Shown in pieces: positions 50,175 to 59,983 of a stretch of 64,000 nt of DNA. Numbering within the stretch: the first letter of the stretch is position 1; every line of letters starts with the position of its first letter. The translations under genes and the position numbers were made by a program. The notes under the pieces were generated by a model, which was not told the DNA's origin, made no database searches, and saw only the letters and a program-made list of their open reading frames with translations. This DNA comes from Candidatus Poribacteria bacterium (GTDB lineage Bacteria > Poribacteria > WGA-4E > PCPOR2b). Location of the stretch: contig OZ244042.1 of the NCBI GenBank assembly GCA_965215015.1, positions 4,448,001-4,512,000 on the forward strand, read 5' to 3'.

Positions 50175-51149
50175 ATGTCTATCAGACTCCTTATCGTTTT
50201 GCTCTTCAACGGGCTTCTTATCAATGCGGAGGCTTTTGCACAAGATGCTCTAAGCTTTGTCCAGATTGTAGATGGAATGATTCAGCGGCGTCCGCCCAAT
50301 ACTCGGCAGACAATTGGAAGGCGATATGTGTGGAATTTTCGCGGAAGACCCTACACCATCCTAATGACAATTGGCTTGGAGCAGTATAATTCTTACTCCG
50401 GCAGAGAACGCTACGATATTCCCAAATTAGTGGAAGAAGGGAGAACAACAATCGGCAATCTGACGCGTGAGTTCCGACGTACCTTCCAACGAAATCAGAG
50501 CTGGACCAAACAGGACCGCGTTGATTTCGTTTTAAGCTTTGTCCAATCCCTGCCGTACACGCTTGATAACGTGACTACAGGCTATGATGAATTTCGACGA
50601 TACGCAATTGAAACTTTGATTGAAGGAGGCGGAGACTGCGAAGATACGACGATCCTTGTGGCGGCTATCCTGCGCGGGTTAGGAGAAAAGACCGCACTGA
50701 TTTTCACCCCGGGACACATCGCACTCGGTGTCAGCGGAGACTACACAGGTACATCGTTTACCTTCAACGGCACAAACTACTACTACTGCGAAACAACCGG
50801 AACCGGTTGGACTGTTGGCAGGCTGCCTGCATCTGTCGGCAATGTGGCTGCGATTGTCCCGTTAAGCCCCTCTACAATACCCACACCTGTGCAGCCTAGG
50901 CCGACACCGCAGGTGCCAGAGCTTACACCTACACCCGAACCGCCACCTATACAACCAGAGCCGCAACCCGATAACAGAGAATCTTCAGAAACAAATAGTG
51001 CAGCCGGTATGGTGATTGTTACGCTCTTTATTCTCATCGGTTTGGGGATACTGATCGCGTTTCTGGTCTATCGTTTCATCATTTCAGATAACGATGATGA
51101 CATAGAAGATGATGACACACACGAATCAACAAATCCGTTAGATTGGTAA
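50175..51149 (+). CDS. Membrane-anchored transglutaminase-like (Cys-His) protein
   Basis: Signal peptide, FVQSLPY, GDCED, PGHIALG, YYCETT, Pro-rich linker, TM, acidic tail. Confidence 0.8.
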   Translation: MSIRLLIVLLFNGLLINAEAFAQDALSFVQIVDGMIQRRPPNTRQTIGRRYVWNFRGRPYTILMTIGLEQYNSYSGRERYDIPKLVEEGRTTIGNLTREFRRTFQRNQSWTKQDRVDFVLSFVQSLPYTLDNVTTGYDEFRRYAIETLIEGGGDCEDTTILVAAILRGLGEKTALIFTPGHIALGVSGDYTGTSFTFNGTNYYYCETTGTGWTVGRLPASVGNVAAIVPLSPSTIPTPVQPRPTPQVPELTPTPEPPPIQPEPQPDNRESSETNSAAGMVIVTLFILIGLGILIAFLVYRFIISDNDDDIEDDDTHESTNPLDW

Positions 51150-51160
51150 CCGATTCGCCT

Positions 51161-53728
51161 ATGATTAACCACCTCAAAGAAATCTATCGCGAATTATATC
51201 TACCCCCGGCAGATTCCGCAAACCCACCGTTCAGGGTTACACAGATTAATGCCCCTTACCTTTATACCGATGCGAACCTCTATGTAGATACGTTCGATAG
51301 TCCGAACCAATCTGTAAAGTTTGAGGTATCAAATGTTGGGAGTGGAAGATTAAATGTAGAAGGGATTCGTATTCCCCGTGGGGCCAAAAGGTGGATAAGG
51401 ACAGCTGAGGGCCCACAATCTGCTACACTCACATCAAATTCGGAACCGAAAGAAATTGAGCTGAACATTCTGCTAAGAGAACTACCGAACCCTTCATCCG
51501 TGAATGTTGTAAAACTGACCGTCCTCTCCAATTCAGAACGGAAAACGTTTAGCGAGATATTGTTAGGTGTGCGTCCCCCAGAAAATCAGTCTGTGAATTT
51601 GACACTTCCCGAATATCTCAACTTTGGAGAAATAACTGTCTGTAAGGTTTTGATTGCTAATCGTCGTGAAGATGCGGCGGCACCCCCAGTCGAATTTCTA
51701 CTCATCGAAGATTTTACACTTAATCCACCAACACGTCTTGAAATAACACAAAACGATGAATCCACTTTTGACGCGTATATTTTCACTTCAAAAGGTGAAC
51801 TACATTACAAATTAGATTTACGGACACCGGGTGTCGTAATGCCACAACAGGAACAATCTGGAATTAATTTCCAACAGACTGTTCCTGTGTCAATTGTTAG
51901 TCAAATATTTTCTGAGCATGCGATAACGTCCGATTCTGACTGGTTAATTGCACCGTCTCAAATCTTTACTACTGGATCTGCTATAATCGATTTACCTGTT
52001 TCTGTAAACGTTGAAAAACTGGAACCGGGGCGAAATTGCGGCGAACTTGTTGTAGCCGATAAGAAAACACAGGTATGGGTATGGTCCAAAGTTGTTAATG
52101 AAACAGCACTGACGTTAGAGAAGGAACAACCGAATATCCGCCACGTTGAACAATTCTCAGACCAAGAAGAGCCGCTGCCAATTGAAGTTGTATCAGCAAA
52201 TGAACCTTATCAATCTCTGATGATTTTTGAAGACATAGATTTTCAATTCCCACTGGCAGGCGATCAACGGACAGGTTATCTGATGGGCGACTTTAATCAA
52301 TGGGCACCGCGCACGTTGTTCCTTGAGAAAAGAGATGATAGAGGTAGCGTCACGTTAAGTGTTTCTGAAGGAATATACTGTTATCATGCTGAAATTGACG
52401 GTGAGATGCGGCTTGACCCTGCGCGGTTATACGAAATAGTCTGCTGTCAACACGGGTTAGCGTCCAAATTACAGATCGACAGAGCTGAACAAAAGGTGAC
52501 ACTGGAAAACAGGTCGGAACAGAAGTTAAAGCTAAAACTTCAATCTGCTACCAAATGGATGCGAATTAAACCTGAGACAATTGCTCTTCCCGCCAGCAAA
52601 AGAACTGAGATAACTGCGGTATTCCACCCGGAACATCTGCTGCCGGGGCTCAATTTAGGCTGGCTCCAGATGGAAACCGTAAGAGAACCGAAAAGGTCGC
52701 TTCATACGCCAATCTATGTTATCGGTATGACAAATGGGGCTGTTCCTGTTCTCCGAACTAAAGAGTTGGATTTTCCACAAATGGAACAGGGGAAAGTAGA
52801 AGGCATTCCGCTTACGATCGATATACTCGGTGAAGGAGAACTAAAGGGGGAAATTCAGCCGTCTACAGTCTTGCGTTTTGTGGAGGGCGATCTACATGTC
52901 CGAAACACAACAGCATTTAAACCGATGGGGGTTGCCCCACTTGTCCAGGTGTTAACTGAAAGACCCTCTAACGCTTATCGTAAACAGATCTCTGCGTCTC
53001 TGCTTACGGACTGCTATCTTATGAACCACAGGATGCATCGTTTCAAAGCCAAATATGATATGATTCACCTTGTCTCAGACCCGCCCGCTCTGTGCTTTCC
53101 TAAAGTTTATCTGTTTGATGACCCACAGCACGTCGATATAACGATAAAACGCAGTGATGGTAAAGGTAATGTTGTGTGTAGCGTTGAAATACCCGATGCT
53201 TTAACAGAGGGTGGATTCTTGAAGGTTAAGAACAGTGCTGCGAAAAATAATACTGGACATTATGAATTTGTTATTAATCCACAGGCTCGCACAAATGCTG
53301 GACGAGTTTCAGATACTTTACGCTTTATGGACACAAATTCCGGAATGGTACTGCCAATTCAATTCGTGGCAGATATTGTCGGAGGTGAAGCGAAGATTGA
53401 TGTTAAGACTCAGGGACAACGTTTAAATCTATTATCTGGTGGCATACCGTTAGTGATTACCAACATCAGTAAAGCTGAATTGCGGATATTTAAGTTGCTA
53501 TTTAAATATCGGCGGTTTTCTCTCTCTCCATATCTGACCTCGCAGCAGCGCACCCTCCTTCCCGGGGAATCTATTGAGAGGTTCATTAAGATGGAAGCAA
53601 CAGTCGGCTTGTTAGGTAGAACAATAGTCAAGGATACGCTTATTATTAGACTCAATGATCCACAATTTCCCAAAGGTGTCCTTAAAAAGGAGATTGTGGC
53701 TGAAATCCAAGGCCGTTTCCTGAATTGA
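51161..53728 (+). CDS. Multi-Ig-fold protein with a CBM48/AMPK-beta-like domain
   Basis: Repeated Ig-type starts (VSNVGSGRL, LENRSEQKL, ITNISKAEL). LMGDFNQW...G.Y.Y...IDGE.RLDP matches the E-set glycogen-binding pattern. Confidence 0.6.
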   Translation: MINHLKEIYRELYLPPADSANPPFRVTQINAPYLYTDANLYVDTFDSPNQSVKFEVSNVGSGRLNVEGIRIPRGAKRWIRTAEGPQSATLTSNSEPKEIELNILLRELPNPSSVNVVKLTVLSNSERKTFSEILLGVRPPENQSVNLTLPEYLNFGEITVCKVLIANRREDAAAPPVEFLLIEDFTLNPPTRLEITQNDESTFDAYIFTSKGELHYKLDLRTPGVVMPQQEQSGINFQQTVPVSIVSQIFSEHAITSDSDWLIAPSQIFTTGSAIIDLPVSVNVEKLEPGRNCGELVVADKKTQVWVWSKVVNETALTLEKEQPNIRHVEQFSDQEEPLPIEVVSANEPYQSLMIFEDIDFQFPLAGDQRTGYLMGDFNQWAPRTLFLEKRDDRGSVTLSVSEGIYCYHAEIDGEMRLDPARLYEIVCCQHGLASKLQIDRAEQKVTLENRSEQKLKLKLQSATKWMRIKPETIALPASKRTEITAVFHPEHLLPGLNLGWLQMETVREPKRSLHTPIYVIGMTNGAVPVLRTKELDFPQMEQGKVEGIPLTIDILGEGELKGEIQPSTVLRFVEGDLHVRNTTAFKPMGVAPLVQVLTERPSNAYRKQISASLLTDCYLMNHRMHRFKAKYDMIHLVSDPPALCFPKVYLFDDPQHVDITIKRSDGKGNVVCSVEIPDALTEGGFLKVKNSAAKNNTGHYEFVINPQARTNAGRVSDTLRFMDTNSGMVLPIQFVADIVGGEAKIDVKTQGQRLNLLSGGIPLVITNISKAELRIFKLLFKYRRFSLSPYLTSQQRTLLPGESIERFIKMEATVGLLGRTIVKDTLIIRLNDPQFPKGVLKKEIVAEIQGRFLN

Positions 53729-54113
53729 TACCTTCAAGATATCTTCTGTAAGGGGTGTCCTCAGATTACGGTTGCACAGGTGCTATTGCAGCACACGAGC
53801 CATACCCGCGCATGTGTGACGGCCGCACACAAGGTTCTGTTGCGATTGAGATTGAAAAATACACTTCATTGATATCGCAGATATCGCATCCGAGGCAATA
53901 GAAATTAAAAGCTGCACCTCAGTTGGGGTCTCCTGCTAAAATGCGGGGATATGTAAATGTTTATCAAAAGCTGCTATACACCTTTCGCCTCTCTGAGGCT
54001 CGGTGCAAAATTTGTCGTGATGCTATCAACATTCCGCCCTCTGGGGCTATGACAACGCATATCTGGTAGTGTTCACTTCATGAGGAAAACATAGCTACAT
54101 AAATAGGTGCTAA

Positions 54114-55676
54114 ATGGACATCGCTGGTAATCGCACACTATCGTCTATCTTTAGCCAATTCGCAGCATATCATCCCGACAAGACATATCTGATTTTTGAG
54201 GGCTTGGAAGGGTATTGTCAACAGTGGAGCTTTGCACAGTTTGAGGCGCGGGTGAATCAGACTGCTGCGTGGTTGCTGGAGATGGGGCTCAAACGGGGAG
54301 AATCGTTCGCTTTTCACGCTCCCAACTCACCCGCTTTCGTGCTGCTTGCCATCGCTGCGAGTCGCATTGGAGCGGTTATGGTGCCGACCGACCACCGTGC
54401 TACGGTTGATGAGCTTATCTATATCCTAGACCACTCGGAGTCGCGACTCGTTATCACAGAGTTTGATCAACTGACAGTTGTACAGGCGGCATCGGCAGCG
54501 ACCTCTTGTGTGCAGGAAGTTGTGCTGTCTCAATGTGAGCATCCGAGCGGACACCCGATATTTGAGCGTGAAGTTGCACGGCAGGATACCTCCCCACCCG
54601 ATGTTGAGACTTCGCCCGACGATGTGGTGCATATGATATATACCTCTGGCACAACTAGCAAACCCAAAGGCGTACTGATGACCAACAGAGCATTGATTTA
54701 TGGGGCAGAGGTCTTCGTGCGTGCTAGTGGTCTGCGAAACGAAGATCGGCACCTCATCACACTCCCTGTTTTTCATGCGGCTGCACACTGCCACGCTTTT
54801 TGGCCCTCTCTGGTTTGTGGTGCCAGCATCGTTGTATCTCCGCGATTTAGCCCCTCCCGATTCTTCGGGTTGGCGGTTCGGCATCAATGCACGATGGCGG
54901 CGTTGTTCTCCGCGCCGCTGCGTATGTTGCTCGCCCAACCTCCCAACGAAGGCTGGAGATTCCACCGTCTGAGAAACGTTACCTTTGCCATCGCTCTAAC
55001 CGATGAACAATTTGCCGAGTGGGATACGCGCTTCGGCGCACCGCTTCAGCACCTCTGGGGGATGACCGAAACGGTTGGTCTACCCCTGATGAGCCCACTT
55101 TACGGGCCGCGCAACCTGCCCTCAATGGGACAACCTGTCTTGGGTTACGATGTGCGAATCTTTGACGACGAGGGCAACGAAGCACCCCCGGGAGAGGTTG
55201 GGCAAATTGTGGTTGGGGCAGATCCCGGCCGCACGGTGATGAAAGGATATTTTAAAAATCCAACGGCGACGAATGAGACAGTGCGGGATGGCTGGCTATA
55301 CACCGGCGACAATGCTTATTACGATGAGCAAGGATATTTCTATTTTATTGACAGGGGCAAGGATATCATCAAGCGCGGCGGGGAGAATGTTGCCCCCAGC
55401 GAAATTGAGTCGGTGATTAAGCAGGTTGATGGTATTTCTGATGTTGCGGTCGTGGGTATGCCTGACCCGATGTACGACGAGGTGCCTCAGGCGTTCGTGA
55501 TTCTCCGACCGGGCGCGGCACTCACCGAAGAGCAGATTATAGAACAGTGCAGTCAGTCACTTACGCGGTTCAAAGTGCCTGTGGCTGTCACGTTTTGCAA
55601 TGAATTTCCCAGAACCTCCGTGGGGAAGATCCAGAAACACTTGTTGCGGGAGCAGGCGTTGGAGTCAGCCGAGTAA
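54114..55676 (+). CDS. caiC: Crotonobetaine/carnitine-CoA ligase-like AMP-binding enzyme
   Basis: MDIAG start like CaiC, YTSGTTSKPKGV, WGMTET, TGD, IKRGGENV, PRTSVGK. Confidence 0.8.
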   Translation: MDIAGNRTLSSIFSQFAAYHPDKTYLIFEGLEGYCQQWSFAQFEARVNQTAAWLLEMGLKRGESFAFHAPNSPAFVLLAIAASRIGAVMVPTDHRATVDELIYILDHSESRLVITEFDQLTVVQAASAATSCVQEVVLSQCEHPSGHPIFEREVARQDTSPPDVETSPDDVVHMIYTSGTTSKPKGVLMTNRALIYGAEVFVRASGLRNEDRHLITLPVFHAAAHCHAFWPSLVCGASIVVSPRFSPSRFFGLAVRHQCTMAALFSAPLRMLLAQPPNEGWRFHRLRNVTFAIALTDEQFAEWDTRFGAPLQHLWGMTETVGLPLMSPLYGPRNLPSMGQPVLGYDVRIFDDEGNEAPPGEVGQIVVGADPGRTVMKGYFKNPTATNETVRDGWLYTGDNAYYDEQGYFYFIDRGKDIIKRGGENVAPSEIESVIKQVDGISDVAVVGMPDPMYDEVPQAFVILRPGAALTEEQIIEQCSQSLTRFKVPVAVTFCNEFPRTSVGKIQKHLLREQALESAE

Positions 55677-55710
55677 CTCTCCTGATGCGAGACAAAAAAC
55701 CTTAATAGCT

Positions 55711-55800
55711 TAGAAGTTACGCCTTGAGTTTGTCGTAATGCCATTCAACCCGCATCACCATATAAATCGCCCGATAGTAGTAGGCACACATCGTATGCTA
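55711..55800 (+). mobile_element. MITE-like element, family A (left fragment)
   Basis: TAGAAGTTACGCCTTGAGTTTGTCGTAATGCCATTCAACCCGC matches the 5186 copy. Confidence 0.55.
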
Positions 55801-55831
55801 TCCCCCTAAAGGATTTTTGATAAATTAGGTT

Positions 55832-57511
55832 TTATGTTTTACGGTTGACGTGCCCTTCAACCTGTATTGGGAAATACTTCATCAAGCTCTCGGTGATATT
55901 TGGCGCAGCGGTTCCGAGGCTACACGCGCTAGTTGCTTTCATAGTATTGCCGATATCACTGACCTCACCTCTCCACTTTGCCAGATCCCTAGGCCCTGCT
56001 TCACCGGCGAGCCGTTCGGTGAGACGTTGCGTGCCGATACGGCAGGGGAAACACTTGCCACATGACTCCTCAGCGAAGAATTCCATCGCGTTATGTGCCA
56101 TTTCGATTATGTCCCTGCTGTCGTCGAACACTATAATCCCAGCGGCACCGAGCATAGCCCCGACCTTCCCAATGCTTGGTTCATCGAGGGTCACGTCAAG
56201 GTCATCTCCAGCGAGAAAGCCGCCGGAGAGGCCCGCCATTGTGACGGCTTGAATCGAACGCCCTTTCCGTGGGCCGCCCGCCCAGTCGTAGAGCAGGGTC
56301 TTCAACGACAACCCAAACGGTACTTCGTAATTACCCGGTTTCTGTATGTCGCCGGAGAGACTGATGACCTTCGTACCCGCGTGCCCGTTCATTCCGAGAC
56401 TACTATACCAGTCCGCTCCCCGTCGCATAATCTGGGGCGCAGCCGCAAGGGTTTCGACGTTGTTGACGACCGTTGGCAGGTTGTCGTAGCCGTGGGTCAC
56501 AGGGTAAGGGGGACGATTGCGCGGGAAGGGGTGCTTCCCTTCGAGACTATTCAGAAGCGAACCTTCCTCACCACAGATGTAAGCACCGGCACCGCGTCGC
56601 AGGTAGATGTGGAAGCTAAAGTCTGTATCAAGAATCTGTTCACCAAGGAAGCCTGCTTCCTCTGCTTCGGCGATTGCTCGTTCTAAAGTGTTGAGAGTAT
56701 CGGGATATTCATATCGGAGGTAGATGAAACCGCGTGTCGCACCGGTCGCGTAGGCGGCGAGAACCATCGCCTCAATGACTGCGTGTGGGTCATGGTCGAG
56801 GATTGCGCGGTCTTTAAAACAACCGGGTTCCCCCTCGTCCGCGTTGCAGACAATAGTTTTTGGATTCCCGGAGGCTCCAGCGACTGCCTGCCACTTGAGT
56901 CCGGTGGGAAAACCTGCCCCGCCACGCCCCGCGAGCTTGCTCTCTATGATGACTTCGATAACCTCGACTGGACGCATCTCCTGCACTGCGCGCGTAAGTC
57001 CCTCGTATCCACCAGTGCGGCGGTAACCCTCAATACTAGCGCGATTCGGTTCGCGGATTGCGCCAAAAACACACTCATCAATGCCGCCCGGATTTGGCGG
57101 CGGCAAAGGGGATGGTTTAACTTCGAGCGCGTCTGGATCCACACCGATGAGCACTTGATGCCCTTTGAGAATCGGCACAAAATCATCACAGCGACCAGCA
57201 CACGGCATTGGCGTTGCACCCGATTCTTTAAGCGCAGCAAGGATTTCATTTCCACCGACCAAGCAGCAAACGGGGCCCGTACAGACGCGGGGCGCACTTT
57301 GTCCCGGTGCCGTACGCGAGAAGTGATGGTAGAACGTAACAGTGCCGAAGAGATCTGCGAGCGGAATCCTGAGGCCCACTGCGATGTCACGGAGAGTGCC
57401 CTCAGAGATAAAACCGTCTCGGTCATGGAAGGCGTGGAGCAGCGGGAGCAACGGTGCTGGCTCATTACGCCAGCACTCAATCAACTCTCGGTTCGTTGCG
57501 GATGACATCAT
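55832..57511 (-). CDS. Fused NuoE-NuoF-like NAD(P)H dehydrogenase (diaphorase) subunit
   Basis: N-terminal TFY..F, C.G..C, C.G.C [2Fe-2S] motifs, then GRGGAGFPTG.KW, CNADEGEPG, GAGAYICGEE, ESCGKC.PCR.G and a final Cys. Confidence 0.88.
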   Translation of the reverse strand: MMSSATNRELIECWRNEPAPLLPLLHAFHDRDGFISEGTLRDIAVGLRIPLADLFGTVTFYHHFSRTAPGQSAPRVCTGPVCCLVGGNEILAALKESGATPMPCAGRCDDFVPILKGHQVLIGVDPDALEVKPSPLPPPNPGGIDECVFGAIREPNRASIEGYRRTGGYEGLTRAVQEMRPVEVIEVIIESKLAGRGGAGFPTGLKWQAVAGASGNPKTIVCNADEGEPGCFKDRAILDHDPHAVIEAMVLAAYATGATRGFIYLRYEYPDTLNTLERAIAEAEEAGFLGEQILDTDFSFHIYLRRGAGAYICGEEGSLLNSLEGKHPFPRNRPPYPVTHGYDNLPTVVNNVETLAAAPQIMRRGADWYSSLGMNGHAGTKVISLSGDIQKPGNYEVPFGLSLKTLLYDWAGGPRKGRSIQAVTMAGLSGGFLAGDDLDVTLDEPSIGKVGAMLGAAGIIVFDDSRDIIEMAHNAMEFFAEESCGKCFPCRIGTQRLTERLAGEAGPRDLAKWRGEVSDIGNTMKATSACSLGTAAPNITESLMKYFPIQVEGHVNRKT

Positions 57512-57536
57512 ATCCTCCGATACATAAGCGTCTACG

Positions 57537-58331
57537 TTAATAACCTGCCAACAGTGTGCGTAGGTAGCTAGCAGCTTTCCGTACCTGATCGATACGATCT
57601 GGGTGTTCGCCTTCGTAGACAATGGAGATACAGCCGTTATAGTTAATCTTTTTCAAAATCCCTGCGATTCGCTCATAGTCCAGCCACTCCTCTGTGCCAC
57701 TCTCGACCTTGTAAAATTTTGTGCGGACATACAGGGCATAGGGCGCAGTCTGCTCCATAAACTGGTAAAAGTCAATATCCGGGTCTGTCTCTCCCTTTGG
57801 TCCGGATCCAGGCGAACCAACCCATTGACCCGTGTCCATAATAAAAGAGAAGTTCTCTCGATCTGTCTCGCGTCGGATACGCAGCATATCGTCGCCTGTA
57901 GATGGGTGATTCTGCAACCCCACAGCGATGCCTTTCGTGGCTGCATAGTCCGCAACCTCCTGATAACCCCTGATCATCGCCGGCCAAGGATTATCGCCAT
58001 CGCCGTTCTTTTCTGGTATCACAGCGCAGAACACGCGGATGAGCGGGGAACCGAGAAACGCAGCGAGGTCAACCGCATCTCTGCAATCTTGAGCGTGTTC
58101 CTCCCGTTCCGCCGCGTTCCCAACGAACAAACCACTCACACCGATGTAACCGATAGGTAAGCCGTATCTGAGGCACATCAGCTTGATATTGCCGAGATAT
58201 TCTGGATCTGTGGAAGTAAAGGCCCGGTGATGGAAGTCAACGACGTCCATTCTTAAATCGTGGGCAACTTCAATGAAGGTCTCAACATCTGTATTGTGCA
58301 GACTCAGAAAGTTACAGCCAATTTTAATCAT
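57537..58331 (-). CDS. Sugar phosphate isomerase/epimerase (AP-endonuclease-2 TIM barrel)
   Basis: IRVF, GLQNH, MDTGQ, Y.G..SI.YEG. Confidence 0.8.
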   Translation of the reverse strand: MIKIGCNFLSLHNTDVETFIEVAHDLRMDVVDFHHRAFTSTDPEYLGNIKLMCLRYGLPIGYIGVSGLFVGNAAEREEHAQDCRDAVDLAAFLGSPLIRVFCAVIPEKNGDGDNPWPAMIRGYQEVADYAATKGIAVGLQNHPSTGDDMLRIRRETDRENFSFIMDTGQWVGSPGSGPKGETDPDIDFYQFMEQTAPYALYVRTKFYKVESGTEEWLDYERIAGILKKINYNGCISIVYEGEHPDRIDQVRKAASYLRTLLAGY

Positions 58332-58474
58332 GTTGTTTATTTTCCTTTCATTTTAAGGGCCGCCATCGCAGCCGATTAAATTACAAGAGGTTATCCCAAC
58401 GTGAAGCCTGATGATGTTATCAAGGTCTCCAATCAAAAACCTATGCTACTATATATACCACAAAAAATCAACGA

Positions 58475-59983
58475 TTAATCCCTCCATGAATAACTGAACA
58501 GTTTCGCATTTTGAAGTGTAAAGCGGAGTTTTACTCGCTGACCAATTAAATCGTTGAAGGGCTTTGAGAAGGAGATGGGAGCCTCAATATGATCTCCTCG
58601 TATCACCTGGGAATGCTCGTAACCTTTCAGTGGACGTCCTCGCTCTGTCAGAACGCTCACGACCAACTCGCCATCTGTTGCATCGAGATTAACTAGCAAA
58701 CGATTATCGCTCACAGTCAGTGCTTTCGTCGTTACACGCCCGGGACGGTTGCCCGCTTCTAGAGCGATGTAACGGTCGGGCCGAAAGCGCACACAACCGA
58801 TTGTTTGGAACGGGTGTCGTTTTCCCGCTTCAATAAGCCCCCGCTGTTCATATAGCCACTGCTGATCTACAGAAGGATGCGGAAGATTACCAGAAGAGTA
58901 GTACTGGTACATCCAATCCCCCACACGTATAGGGACACTGTTGAAGTGTATCATCGCACAATCCTGTTCACCAGCTTCACCCCTTGCAATCCACGGCTGG
59001 CGGTCCCCAAGCCGATCCCAATGCACCAGATCGCGGCTATACACCAGTTGGGTCTCCATGATACCGTGCTGATTCCACATGCTATGTTTGTACATATCCA
59101 TGCTGACATCAAAGATATAAAGTGCCCCAAAAAAAACATTGCCTACCGTCCACGGCTGCATAGTATAAAATTCGCAGTGCTGGTCTACCGGATCATTGTA
59201 GTGGATAATCCCATCGGCGTAGGCGTTATCCAAGCGTTCGCGAGCCATTTCATCGTCAATCAGATCCGGCGCGAGCACGAGGCAGGAACGCGGCCAATCT
59301 AGCATCAGTCGAGCACGGTTGGGGAGAGAATTAGCGAATGTCATCCCCACAGCCCGTCGGCGGAAACGACCGACAGTTGCATGGAGCCGTGGAAAGGCAA
59401 CATAGCGGCCGGGCACATCGTCGCGCATCATTGGGAAAGCATCGTCGGCGACCAAAAAGGTGCCGGTATCGCCCACACCATCGCTGATGCCGGGCTCCGC
59501 CTCCGCATTTTCCGCTGTATGCCAAGTGAATCCGTCCGGGCTGAAGATTGGCAGGTATCGCTGGCTCCACTCGCCACCGGGAATCCACGAAACCGTTCGA
59601 TATAACGTATCTTCACCTTCAGAAAGGGTGGACTCAGGACAGTAAAAAACAGCACCGGGCCCAATGCGCCCTGGTGTCTTAACTTTGTTGTTCTCGGTAC
59701 TACCATTGATTTCCGATAGATGGAGGATGGGCTTCTCCCAGTGAAGCCCATCCTCACTGGTCGCGTAAAGGTCGTTAAGTTCGTCTTTCGAGTTCCAATA
59801 CCACATTTTGAACGTCCCCTTCGGATCACGGATAACCATAGGACAGGCACAACCAGACTTATCTTCCCATGGCTGATCCGGTTGGAGGACTGTGCCAACC
59901 TTTTCTGGTAGATAGAACCTTCGCTTGAGGTTCTGTTTGGAATCAATCTCGAAATCGTCAATAAACAGACGCTTGTTTTCCAT
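58475..59983 (-). CDS. Hypothetical protein, probable 5-bladed beta-propeller glycoside-hydrolase-like fold
   Basis: FKMWY, YATSEDG.HW.KP, SPDG.TW and YSRD..HW.R Asp-box-like repeats. C-terminal L.VN.DA..G.L.V sandwich. Confidence 0.6.
   Translation of the reverse strand: MENKRLFIDDFEIDSKQNLKRRFYLPEKVGTVLQPDQPWEDKSGCACPMVIRDPKGTFKMWYWNSKDELNDLYATSEDGLHWEKPILHLSEINGSTENNKVKTPGRIGPGAVFYCPESTLSEGEDTLYRTVSWIPGGEWSQRYLPIFSPDGFTWHTAENAEAEPGISDGVGDTGTFLVADDAFPMMRDDVPGRYVAFPRLHATVGRFRRRAVGMTFANSLPNRARLMLDWPRSCLVLAPDLIDDEMARERLDNAYADGIIHYNDPVDQHCEFYTMQPWTVGNVFFGALYIFDVSMDMYKHSMWNQHGIMETQLVYSRDLVHWDRLGDRQPWIARGEAGEQDCAMIHFNSVPIRVGDWMYQYYSSGNLPHPSVDQQWLYEQRGLIEAGKRHPFQTIGCVRFRPDRYIALEAGNRPGRVTTKALTVSDNRLLVNLDATDGELVVSVLTERGRPLKGYEHSQVIRGDHIEAPISFSKPFNDLIGQRVKLRFTLQNAKLFSYSWRD

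Noticed and set aside
56093-57505. Long antisense or alternate-frame ORFs (197, 240, 178 aa) over the NuoEF gene, and similar shadows elsewhere such as 59428-60069
   Set aside because: They are shadow ORFs of well-supported genes, with no motifs of their own.
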